Shown in pieces: positions 12,901-24,076 of a DNA stretch of 64,000 bases. How positions within the stretch are numbered: the stretch's first letter is position 1; every line of letters starts with the position of its first letter. Made by a program: the position numbers and the translations under genes. Source of the stretch: Marsupella aquatica (taxonomy: Eukaryota; Plantae; Marchantiophyta); assembly GCA_973895155.1 (NCBI GenBank), contig OZ316899.1, positions 16,023,974-16,087,973 on the forward strand. Reading direction: 5' to 3'. The notes beneath the pieces are model-generated. The model did no database searches, was not told where the DNA came from, and worked only from the letters and a program-made list of their open reading frames with translations.

Positions 12901-13748
12901 CGAACTCCGCTTGAGTAAGCCGTTGGCTGCCCTTCAGCCTAAAGAACTTTGCTGGGACCTCAAGAATCGCCTTTGCTACCGATCTAAGCCCTTCCTTGCT
13001 GAGATATAGCTCGGTGATGTAGTCTCACAGCTTGTTGTAGCTGGAATCCCTGGTGATGGCTGTCTTCTCGCAATTAACCAGTGCTACCTTGGCCACCAGC
13101 TTCGCGTATCTCGGGACAAGAGTACGAGTAAGTCTCGGAGAACTTAGCACCTACCTCGCCAAACAAGGTCCAAAATCCCAAGGCTGTAAGGGTCATACTA
13201 ACCTTGTAGTTCGGTTCGTCGAGTCCGCGTTCCCACCCGGCTGGTCCTCGTGCTTGTGGAGGCCTTGCTCGTCCTGACTAAATCTTGCCACATTCTGCTC
13301 TTATCCCTCGATAATCTCCTTGTAAAGGTCAGCTTGATTCGAGCAAAAAGGCGGGTGAATGGCAGCGTCTGCGAATTCCAAAAGGTAGAAATGAGGAAAT
13401 GGCTCGCAGCGCCATCGGCTCCTCTCTTATGGAGGTGCCAGGATGAGCTCGAGCGTGAGGAGGCAAGGCCGTTTTGGTTATCGATAATGAGCTGAAGTCG
13501 CCGCCTCGGTCCAAGCATGATTCTCCTAACGGATTTTTACTCCACCGCCACCACCGTACCTCGGTCGCGCGTAATAATCCTCCTCCTAAATTTGTAATCA
13601 TTCGGTCGACTTAACCTACTCCTAATCTATTCATAATGGCAACAGATGGTTATACGTGCTATTCTACGCTACGGCTACGGTCCTAATGACCGTATAAAAC
13701 CTAATCTACGACCTGGGTTCGGTTAAGTGACACGTTACCCGTGTCACA
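9919..13748 (-). mobile_element. Family A giant solo LTR (3.83 kb) containing a protein-coding ORF
   Basis: On the minus strand it starts TGTGACAC and ends TAAGGC...GACGCGACA, resembling the family G LTR ends (TGTGACGC...TAAGGC...GACGTGACA). Internal ORF is homologous to that of the family G LTR. Flanking 5-mers differ (CTAGT vs GTCCA). Confidence 0.75.
10955..13200 (-). pseudogene. LTR-encoded accessory protein of family A (N-terminal domain, Pro-rich linker, conserved core, coiled coil)
   Basis: ORFs 11183-12424 and 10955-11152, plus upstream AILEVPAKFFRLKGSQRLTQAEFDKIPG, which aligns with family G ALLRLPDEVFNIPGTIDLQRHHFDHIPA. Confidence 0.75.
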
Positions 13749-14015
13749 GTCCACCAGTAGGGTTATTGTGGATCTCTTCTTGTTGATTGGATCCTCTACA
13801 CATATGCTTCTTGTTTATGCGCCATGTTAGTTTGGCGTGGGCGCTTGATTCTATAGGAGTGATCCGGGTTTGCAACCGGTCATTTTAGTTGTGCTACATA
13901 TTTCTCTCCTGGTGACATTGGAGTAATGCCCAACACACCATGGTGAGTGCTTGTGTTGCTGACAGGGACAGATTGCCCTTAGGGTTAGTATATAGATTAG
14001 GTTAGGTTGGTCACC

Positions 14016-15093
14016 ATGGATTCTTCTGGTGCTGTTGGGTTACCCAATGGACGACGGACCGGTTTCACTCGGAGTGGGGCGCAGTTTCAGCCAGCTACAT
14101 TGGTAACAATCAGTAGGACAACTTCAAACAGTGATTCTGATGAGGACTTTGTGACCGGTTCTCCTCGTTATTAGGTGATTGCACCTTTGTTGTGGTATAT
14201 GGAAGAGATGTACAGGGCTACAAAGGGCCCAGGACAATACTCTGGTGCAATTGGCACGATTGATGTGGATGACTTCATCCAGGAGTTTGATACGTGGAGC
14301 AATATGCAAACATTGCGTAACGCCACGTTGTTTACCCCTTTCATGGCATGGAAGGGATTATTTCAGCATTTGGAGAGGCCACCCATGGATGACTACCATG
14401 AGTTTCCAAAATGCTCATTTGGTTGAGATTGAGGCATGGAGGCAGCATTGGTCACCTAATTACGTGTCCATCACCTATGGCACTAGTGCGGCTGCTCAAC
14501 CCATTGCCACAGCTGCTACTTCTTCTAGCAGCACTAGCTAGAGTGGCACACCATCCACCAGTAGCACTCCAGTAGCATCCACCGCTACTCTTACCGGTGT
14601 GATTGTGATAGGGACTAGAGCTGCACCTACATTTAACCCTCTGGTGGAGTTCTTTGAGGTACTGAAGCAGAACTATCAGGGTGTGAGAACTGATAAGTTG
14701 AAGGGTCTCCAGGAGTTTCAGCGCAAGGCTGGAGAGAGTCTACGGGAGGTGTACACTCGTATGCACAGATTGATCATTGTCACCAAGGGAGTGACAGAGG
14801 CTCAGATAGTCCAATTTTGGTATGCAATTCTGGACAGAGAGTTGTGACGTAGAGTGAGAGATGTCACTCTGCTTAGGGATGCAAATCCCACATTAGCAGT
14901 TGTTTTTACCCTTTCTAAGCGCATTGAGCTCAATATGATGAATGAGAAGGTGGTGACTTTTGGATTTTCCAAGGAAGCACCAAAGGCTGCATCTACATCC
15001 ACACCACAACCTACTACACGGAAGAGCCAGAGGGAGAAGCCTATTGCACGAGAGTCTACCAGCCAGATACCTGTGCCCTCTTATGCTAGATAG
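14016..15093 (+). pseudogene. gag of family B
   Basis: YSGAIGTIDVDDFIQEFDTW and FQRKAGESLREVYTRMHRL (Retrotrans_gag-like). Contains stops and frameshifts. Confidence 0.75.
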
Positions 15094-16079
15094 CAGTTAG
15101 GATGTTGAACCTGTGGTGGGGATCATGCACAAAGATATTGCCCAGATCATAGAGGATCAGGGGGAGCATCAGCGCCTGATCAGCAACAATGTGATCATTG
15201 TGGAGCTCCTGGACACACCAAGGATAGGTGTTTCTCACTTCACCCTGAGTTACGGAGGGGAGAATCCCGTACACATGATCAGGGAAGAGGAGGAGGAGGT
15301 AGAGGTGGTGGACATGGTCATGGCATGCCACATGCAGGGAGACAGGGAGGTGACACTGCCCCTACTGTAACCATAGATCCAAAGGATGCTAAGATTGTTC
15401 AATTGGAGCAACAGCTAGCTGCCATGACTAGTTCCCAGGTGAGACCTACTTTTGGTGATGGGGCATCTACATCCTATGGACGTTTCACATCCCATGGTCC
15501 TTCCACATCTTATGGAGCCGATGGAGACCTTGCCACCATGGGATTCATGTGTGGCACTGCACATATTGATGCATCAACAACTTTGACACGTGAGGCAGCC
15601 AAAGCTCTTGAGCCCCGAGGAGCAATAGTGGAGCTAGATCCACAGAGGGGGGATGCACATCGGTATACAAAGCTTCCTCGGTCTTTTACATTGTCAGAGA
15701 CAATTCAGACTGTCTCTATGAACCCGGTTTGGACAAACCCTGGCATGGGTAAGTTGGCAGAATCAGGTAGTGATGCAGCAGGGATGACAGGTACCTTGTT
15801 GGGGGCGGCTACTACCATAGTGCGTACCCCATTATTTTCAGCGACAGACATGCTGAACTTGGGAGTTGGTCCTGAAGAAGTGTTCAGATTGGCAACTACA
15901 CTCTGTGAGGACACTCCAATTGTTGCTTCCCATGCAAAAGCAGCTTGCAGTGTTGAAGCAGTAAGACCATGCCACCTACTGCTACTAGTGAGACATGGAA
16001 TGCAGTAGCAGCGAGGTTGGTGGATTTACCAGCACACCCTGCATTTGAGAGGACTAGGTTTAAACCTAGTGTTGTGTCA

Positions 16080-16425
16080 TTGGATAATCGAAGTGGTATC
16101 TTCAGATTAGTTGGGCCATCTGAAGTAGTATACCAGTCGGAGAGAGTGTTACTGGATACTGGTGCTCAGCCCTTGATGTTGGGAAAGTCTACCATACGTG
16201 GATTAGGATTGCGTCCAGAGGATTTGGAGGATTGTCCCTTTCCCATTCAGACTTCATTGGGGGGACCTACACCTACATAGCATATCACCAGGAGACCACT
16301 TGATTTGAGGATTCAAGAAGGTCATGCAACAGATAGCTCACAGATACAGGCACGAGCTATTTTAACTAAGGCATAGTCATATGATGTGTTGGTGGGATGT
16401 ACAGTGCTCTACACCATGGGATTTA
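16080..16425 (+). pseudogene. Aspartic protease of family B
   Basis: VLLDTGAQPLMLG active site and downstream YDVLVG motif. Confidence 0.8.
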
Positions 16426-16841
16426 TTTTTTATTTTTGGGATGAATCAGTGTCATATAGACCTGATTGGCAGTCAGGAGATGCTTGATTGAGCAAATTTC
16501 CAGTGCAATTTAGTGGACCTGTGGGAGGCCCTAAATCTACACCATTATCTTTGGCAGCATTCAATGGTGTGATTACTAGACCCGATGATTTGATTGAGGG
16601 TAATGCACATGCAGCAGATGTTTTACCATTGGAGGAGTCACATGAGGAGCAGATCATGCAGGGATTACTTGTTGGCAGTGTGACGCCACCAGTGTGGGGC
16701 ACTGGACAGCCCTTGCCACACGCAGCAACACAATTGGTACATGACGCATGGCGTCATGCTTTTACACCATAGTCAAGGGCACAGCAATCTCATGCAGATG
16801 GGCCGGTGACTCTTTCACCATTGGATACCACTCCTATTGCT

Positions 16842-17800
16842 TGGCAGTATCCGCCGGAGGGTATTTTCTTGTTGGATCTGTTTGGTGGGATTAGCACTGG
16901 ATTGGCTACTCTTCTTTAGGCATGAATTCTTGTGCGTTGTTATTTGTATGTGGAGACAGATGAGACAGCACGGAGGGTCTCATTGCAACATGTGGCTATG
17001 TTGGTGGATAGATATCCACAGTTGCTACCAGTGGATGTTGTTCGTGGTTATCAGCACTACCTACTGATATTTTATTGTTGGGGGCGGATCATCTGCATCA
17101 TGTTGGTCCCATTGATTTGGTGATTGTTGGTTGGCCATGTCACGGTCAATCTAGAGCTGGCATTGGGCATGGACTTCATGATCCATGCTCTGCATTGTTT
17201 TGGGAGATGTTACGGGTGCTGCATCATCTCTAATTACATCAAACACAGTCTCTTGCATACATTTTGGAGAATGTGCCATTGTTAGGTGATGATCGTTGTC
17301 GGATTGTTGTCAGTGTTCACCAGGTGAGATCTTGGATTAGACCTGTTGTGTTATTGGATGCTGCACGGGTGGGTTCTTGTGCACATCGTCCACGCTTGTG
17401 GTGGACTAATTTGATCCCATGTGAGGTGCTGAAGTGCGCATTTGACAGCATTCCACGCTCACCAGCCTTAGTGGTGGATGATATTTTGGATCCAGGGCGT
17501 CGTGCACAGGGTGTGACCCAACCTGATAGACCTCCATTGGCAGTGGTCAATGTAGTTGGGCGTCCACGTTGTGCATTACCCACTCTTGTGAGCCACTCTG
17601 CTTCATATGCATTCAAAGCAGGTGGTCCTGGACTTGTGTGGGACACAGCTCTCCAATAGTTAGTGGAGCCTACTGCTGATGAGAGGGAGCGTGCTATGGG
17701 ATTTTTGAGAGGCACCACTGCAGTTGACTCGGTGTCAGAGAGTTCACGCTGCCAGGTCCTTGGTCAAGCAATGGATTTGAATTGCTTGACTTGGATTATC
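16842..17800 (+). pseudogene. C5-cytosine DNA methyltransferase domain (DNMT3-like motif style) embedded in the pol polyprotein
   Basis: Motif I LDLFGGISTG (16872-16901). Motif II YLYVETD. Motif IV IDLVIVGWPCHGQSRAG, with the catalytic PC at 17135-17140. Motif VI ILENV (ENV 17267-17275). Motif VIII AHRPRLWW (from 17381). Motif IX ERERAMGF (from 17681). Motif X LGQAM (from 17759). One frameshift ~17060 and several stops. Confidence 0.92.
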
Positions 17801-18099
17801 AGCTTGGGAGTAGCTGAATAGTTGCGGATGCGCTCTGCTGGTATTACTGATCATCCATTAGTGAGCTTGCGGTCCACTAAGACAGTGATGACCACCACTG
17901 GGGGCAAGCAGACAGTCCATGGACCTATGGTGGGATTGGCCAAGGCTGGACAGATTGTTGAGTAGGAAGGGATTGCTCAATCTATTGCTAAATAGCAATC
18001 ATCGGCTATCTCTTCTACCCTACAAAAAGATATTAGGGATTTGGTGGAGAGTTGGGAGCCACAGATTGGTCCTAAGCTGACAGGGAGGAGAGACGTTGC

Positions 18100-19470
18100 A
18101 TGCATCGATTCCTGAAGAGTTATTGGAATTGTTTTGCATTCAACATGAAGGATTTGGGGACATTGAAGGGCCCTGGTATTCAGATTGAATTGGCTAGTGA
18201 CACGCCAATCTTTTGTAGACCATATCGTTATAGTGACATGGAGAGAGCTCTGATTCAAAGCAGAACTCAAGATTTGTTGGAGGCTAGATTGGTGGAGATT
18301 TCATATGGGGAGTATGCATCTGCCACAGTGATGCCAGCCAAGAAAGATGTGCATAGAAATTACACAGATAGGCGCATGTGTGGTGATTACAGACCTATTA
18401 ATCGCCACACAAAATTTGATCAATATGCCATGCCCACACCTGAGGAGATCTTTGATGTTGTGGGGCATGGAAAGGTTTTCAGTTCATTGGATCTGAGGGC
18501 AGGGTACCATCAGCTTCCAATTAGGCATGCTCACAGGTCCAAGACAACGTTCTGGGGGATTGATTCTTATGGCAAAGATCATTTGTATCAATGGTTGTTC
18601 TTACCATTTGGGTTGGAAAATGCACCAGCTGAGTTCCAGAGAGTCATAGATGAATCCTTGCAGGTTTGGATTTTGTCAGATGTTATATTGATGATATTTT
18701 GGTCTATTCTTCTACTGTGGAAGAACATCAGCAGCACTTGCAGATTGGGTTGGAGAAATTGAGAGCACATGGGTTGAAGCTCCATCCTAGCAAGTGTAAG
18801 TTCTTCCAAGACCAGATTGAGTATTTGGGCCACACTATATATCCAGGGCGATTGGATGTACAGCAGACTAAAGTGGAGGCCATTACACAGATTCTTTGTC
18901 CTACTACTGTGAGCAGAGTTTGTGCATTCTTGGGATTGGCGAGCTACTACAGGAGGTATGTTAAAGGATTTAGCCAACTTGCTAAATCTTTAACCATACT
19001 CACTAAGTTGGATCAGGAATGGACTTGGGGTGATGACTAGGAGCATGCCTTTCAGGAGTTGAAGCAAAGGTTTGCATCATCCCCTATTTTGAGAAGACCC
19101 ATTTCAGGCAGACCATTTCAGCTACACACTGATTGGTGTGGAGTAGGACTTGGAGCAATGCTGACTCAAAAAGATGACGAAGGGCATGAGTTTGTTGTGG
19201 CATATGCCAGTAGATCCAACAATTTAGCAGAGGCTAAGTATAGTTCTTATGAGGGAGAGTGTTTGGCAGTAGTGTGGGCTGTGGCACACTTCCGCTGTTA
19301 CTTGTTTGGTAATCCTTTCACTTTGATCATTGATCATCAGCCTCTCAAGTGGTTAATGGAGTCTAACAAGCTTACTAGGAAACTTGCACGATGGACATTG
19401 TTGTTGTAGGAGTATGATTTCCAGGTTGTACATAGACCTGGAAAGGTGAACTTGGATGTAGATGGGTTGA
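18100..19470 (+). pseudogene. Reverse transcriptase and RNase H of family B
   Basis: RMCGDYRPIN, FSSLDLRAGYHQ, LPFGLENAPAEFQR, YIDDILVY, FLGLASYYRRYV, LHTDW, EGECLA, DHQPL. Confidence 0.95.
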
Positions 19471-19789
19471 GCAGCAACTCATGTACCAGTCAGCAGGATG
19501 AGACAGAGCCAGATGGCATGATGAGTCAGATAAGGAGATGGTGCCAGGATGGCATGCATATGCCTTTCTTTGTTGGGTGCCAGCATACAATGGATCTTTG
19601 GACTCTACCTCATTGGATGGAGTGGATGATGAGTCTTCAAATGTGGATGTTAGTGAGGTAACTTCTGGACAACAAGATATTCACAATGATGTGAGAGTGT
19701 TGGAATATCTGCGCAGTGGTTCTATTGTTGGCAGTGTTGATGCCAAGGAACATGACAGGGTTCTACAGAGAGCCAAGAGGTTTTGATGG

Positions 19790-20940
19790 GAGGGAAACCA
19801 TCTTCTAAGAGTACTGCATGATGGTAGGGTGTTGGTGGTACCAAAACCATCACAACGAGTACATTTGGTGCGACATGCGCACGAGGAGTTGGGTCACTTT
19901 GGTGTGAAGCGCACTTACAGCTTGCTGCAGACATAGTATTGGTGGCGTGGTATGCACACCCATGTCTAGCAGTTGATAGCTAAGTGTGTGGTATGTGATA
20001 GAGTGAGAGCATCATTTAATTCTCCCACTCCCCGGTTGCACCCGTTGCCGATCATGGGTTTGGGATATCGTTGGAGTTTGGATTTTTCTGGTCCATTACC
20101 TCTTACCCAACGTTAATCAATATGTTTTGGTCATGATGGAGCACTTCTCCAAGTGGATTGAGCTAGTGGTGTTGCCAGATAAAGCCAGTGGAGGAGTTGC
20201 TGCTACATTTTTGGATCGTGTACTCAATCATTTTGGAGCACCAGCTGAGGTGTTGACTGATAAGGGAATTGAGTTCTATGGAGAGTTTGAGAATTTGTGT
20301 AAACAAGCTCTGATTGATCATCGTACTACCTCTCGTGATCATCCTGAGGTAGATGGATTAGCTGAGAGAGTTGTGCAAATTGTGAATAGAGGATTGCGTA
20401 AGTATGGCTTGCAGGTTGGTCATCTGGGAGATTGGGATCTCCAGCTACCTTGGTTAGCTATGGGCTACCGTTTCAGTCGGCAAGCATCATTTGCATCCTT
20501 CTCACCTTACTTTTTGCTCTATGGTAGAGAGCCAAATTTGCCAGCAGCTATTCGTCGTGATGCTGCACCAGTTGTGAACTTGGATGATCCTGATGTTTGG
20601 GTCAAGGTGTGTTCAGAGAGAGCACGGGTATTTCAGAGAGTGATGCCCATGGCTTTTGACAACCTTGCCATTGCCTAACATCGTGATACTTTGAGGTATG
20701 CCACTATTCGTGGAGGAGGTTACCGTGCAAGCATTTAACGATTTCATCCTGATGATTATGTTTATTTGCAGCAGACAGCACCCACGACACTTGATGTGAC
20801 TATATGCCGAACAATCTTACGTGTGCGTGAAGTGTTGCCTTCTGGTGTCCTGATGTGGAGGGACGCAATGGTATGGTTTGGAAGGATCATGTGCGCAACT
20901 GTGCACCATGTCACCTTCCCAACATTGATGGTACAGTAGA
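19790..20940 (+). pseudogene. Integrase of family B
   Basis: HAHEELGHFG...CVVC zinc finger, WSLDFSGP, VLTDKG, GLAERVV. Confidence 0.92.
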
Positions 20941-20974
20941 TCCAAGCTTGGCACAAGTTCGTGCTGGCTTTAAA

Positions 20975-21114
20975 TGTATGTTGTGTGGATCGGCTCAGGG
21001 AGCAACTACTTGTTGATTTGTGATAAGTGTTCTAGAGGATGGCACATGTTGTGCTTGACACCACCATTGCAAGTGATTCCTAGTGGATCATGGTTGTGTC
21101 CTTAGTGTCGGTGA
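20975..21114 (+). pseudogene. PHD zinc finger at the integrase C-terminus of family B
   Basis: [45 protein letters not shown] gives the C4HC3 pattern with conserved W. One frameshift ~21011. Confidence 0.85.
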
Positions 21115-21562
21115 ATCCGACTAGTTATCAGTTGTGTTCTCTTGGAAGATATGGATTGCAGGTAGGTGATTGATGGGGCTCACTTGCACCCGGCCTCCTG
21201 ATCTTCACACCTAAAAAGGTTATCAACCTTGTATAACTCATGGCTAGCTAGAGTTAGGGGACCTTACTCCTAGCTAGGGGGGCTATTGTGGGTTTTGGAC
21301 ATGTGTGGACATGAGTTCCACTTGTATTCCATTCTCTTGTGTTTGTGATGTGGTAGTGTGACTATGTCTGGATGTATGTGACAAGCAATGTATGTTGTGT
21401 AGCGATGTGTATGCGCAAGACAGGAGACTTGTGGGCAACAGGACGTGGCGCTAGCAAAGGCAAGGAGCCAAGCTGGTGACACACACTAAGGACTTGGACT
21501 AGCTGAGAGAAATTCGGCCGCAGTCGGGCCCGACCTTAGCTGACTTGACCTTTGGCTGTGAT

Positions 21563-21947
21563 GAGATATGTGGGGCCCTATCGTATCATACGATGGGCCC
21601 ACAAGGATAATCTGGTTTCGGTGGTGTTGGAGACACCCAAAGAAATGGGCGTGGGAAAAAGCTACCATGTTAGCCCGCTCAAGAAGTTTGTCAAAGATGA
21701 TGATCCCAACCGGGATCAGGTCTTGCGTTCGGACGCCATGCTGGTGGAGGACGTTGAGGAGTTGGAAGTGGAGGCAATTATGGACCACCATTAGAAACGC
21801 AAGTTGGGAAGGCAAATCTTAGAGTATTTGGTGAAGTGGGCTAGCTATGATAAGGCCGAGAGTACTTGGGAACTGGAAGAAAATTTGAGTAATGCCTTAG
21901 AGATCCTTGGAAGCTATCGTAAGCGAAGCGGCCTACCGCCGTTGTGA
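21563..21947 (+). pseudogene. Inverted fragment of family C integrase C-terminus and chromodomain
   Basis: GPYRII...YHVS.LKKF...EVEAIMDHH*KRKLGRQILEYLVKWASYDKAESTWELEENL; closely matches the reverse complement of 28669-29050. Confidence 0.85.
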
Positions 21948-22088
21948 ACTGGTACAGGCAGTTGTAACTACCTATACCTCCATGAAACTCCTGCCAAGAG
22001 TCTGGTGCTCAGCTATGAATCCTCTCAAATGCTCTCATCGTCCTTCCATCCTTTTCCAATCCTGTCTGTCCTTTGAGCAGAGATCTTG

Positions 22089-23574
22089 AGTGGTGGACCT
22101 TGCCACCTAGCGCCCTCACCAATCCCAACACTCACGCCTAAGTGCCCCTAGTGCCCAAACGCCTCCATGGAATACCTTGAGCAAGCGCCCTAGTGCCCCT
22201 TGCACCACCAGTGGCCCCTCCCATACAAAGCCGCACTTGCTCATCTACACGACCGCTACTCAATGATCCCTCACTGTCTTTACAAGCAACCAAGCAGCTT
22301 GGTAAGTAACCCTTCATGATCTAGAACTCGCTAAGTCTAGCATCCTAACTCAAGCTCAATAGACATTGGTAAATAGGTCAGCGATAGGTCCTCCCGATGC
22401 CATAAGCCAAAACCTGAACCCACGCCCATTGTTCGTCCAGAACAGCTCCTTCCATGGGCGCGGCCCGGGTTCCCCCTTGTACCTATCCATCACCAATTGA
22501 CCGCCCTGACCTTAGGACATGCTCATGGCCCAAGTAGCTTAGCTTGTCCTAAAGCTTGTCCCAACACGTCGGGACCAGAATAGCCCCGCCTCTAGCAACC
22601 AACTCCCGAATTGCCTCACTGACGGTCTAGGGATTGAGCACTCTTGGAACTCAACCTCCACGCCTACTTGGCCTTGCCTCCCCAACGCAAGGTCCCTTGG
22701 GAGACTGAATGCGGCTTGGCTGCTGTTTTGGCAGGACTTGGCAAGCGGGCGAGTTAACACCCGCAAACCCCAAGAACCCATGGTGCCCCCAGACCCAGTT
22801 GAGCTCAGAAGGACGTAGCCCTCCTTGAGATATTTCTAACACACCCAAGAAGTCCTCCAATGGACTTCCCGTTGGGAAGATATCGCCGTTTCCGTTTGGT
22901 GGTTTCCCTTAGTGTCGCGACCGCCGCGACTCACGACTTTGACTCGCCCTTAGCCCTAGGGAGACACCACTCCCCTCATATATGCTTCTGGAGACCTGCC
23001 ACCCCCGGATCAACTTTGGTCCCTAAACATTTGGCCTCCAACCCGGAACCTATCGCGCATACTGGGCGCGCCACCAACTGGTAACGCCCATAACTCTCTC
23101 GTTAGGCATCCGCAAGCGGAGTGCCTTAGCCCGTTGGGATCGGGCCGACCCAGTGCTCATGACTAGGTCCTCAGGTCTCATCACTGCTCGGGGCCCTCGA
23201 TCGGCCCAACCCGGATCGGGCCATAACTTGCGCCCCAAGCGTTCGTTGCCTATGACGTCAACTCCATGGGCCTTGGGCCCAAGAGGAGCTCACACCCAAG
23301 CCCTCAGAACTCAAAGTCCATCCGGAGGTCCGGACGGTTGTCCTTGAGCCCGACCCATTTTGCCTTGACCCAACCAGCTCTCAGCTAGCCCAAGTCCTTA
23401 GTGTGTGTCACCAGCTTGGCTCCTTGCCTTCGCTAGCTCCATGTCTCGTCGCTCACAAGTCTCCCCATGCTAAGTCCTCCCCAGATGGCCTATTCGGGCT
23501 TGGACCATAAGGGAGCTCGGCGCCAGAGTCAACGACGCCAAAACTAAGTGTTAAGGTAGGCGAGTTCCGCGGCT
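22089..23574 (-). mobile_element. Family C solo or isolated LTR (1.49 kb)
   Basis: Colinear with 26740-28228. Begins AGTGGTGGAC and ends GAGTTCCGCGGCT. Flanks TCTTG and CCTTA do not match. Confidence 0.85.
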
Positions 23575-24076
23575 CCTTATATGAAATTGCACAATGTGAG
23601 TGGAGATTTGAACCAGGACCCGGTTGCTGGTGCTGGCTTGATAATTCTGCCCCTTTGAAGTGCTTCAAGTTACCCAATCGGAGAGCTTACCACCTACTAA
23701 GACCAGTTTTGGAGGAGGCGCTTAGACTGAACAGGACGTGGGGTATTGATAAGACTGAGATGGAATGGAAGGTGTGCTGGGCAGGGCTGTGGGGGGCAAG
23801 CATGTCACTGCGGGCAAAGACCTTTCTATGGAGGGTAATTGCTTTGGGGCTGTTCACTGGGGTGAGGGCTGTTAAGATTGGTAAAGGAAGTGGGGACTGT
23901 AAGCTATGCCCGGGAAGAATAGAGTCCATCGCACACCTATTCTTGGACTGCCCACATGCACAGAAATGTTGGGCTCTTTGCGCACAAGGCTTAAGGGGAA
24001 TGTTTGCGGGATACGTTGGGGGGCTGATTGGGCTGTTGAATTCTGCTATTGGAAGGCACCATAGTAAGATAGTAAT
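23575..24076 (+). pseudogene. LINE (L1-like) ORF2 fragment, zf-RVT domain
   Basis: WKVCWAGLW...RAKTFLWRVI...LFTG...CKLCPGRIESIAHLFLDCPHAQKCW. Confidence 0.8.

Larger units (their letters stand above)
13749..21505 (+). mobile_element. Family B Ty3/Gypsy LTR retrotransposon with domain order gag-PR-DNMT-RT-RH-IN-PHD; decayed, both LTRs truncated
   Basis: Domains as listed in the following features. PPT AGGGGGGCTA ~21276-21285, followed by the 3' LTR start TGTGGG at 21287. The 5' LTR remnant is interrupted by LTR A. Confidence 0.88.

Noticed and set aside
13925-13960. Precise 5' LTR end and PBS of family B (CCCAACA...TGGTGAGTGC)
   Set aside because: Plausible, but the two LTR remnants do not overlap, so the boundary and primer tRNA cannot be verified.
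16842-17800. Bacterial restriction-modification methyltransferase or contamination
   Set aside because: In frame with a retroviral-type protease, flanked by gag and RT, decayed like the rest of the element, and with no neighbouring nuclease.
22539-23347. Short ORFs recurring in family C LTRs (also at 27531-28201 and 40764-41601)
   Set aside because: Short and GC-rich, with no domain motifs and inconsistent frames between copies; recurrence just reflects LTR identity.
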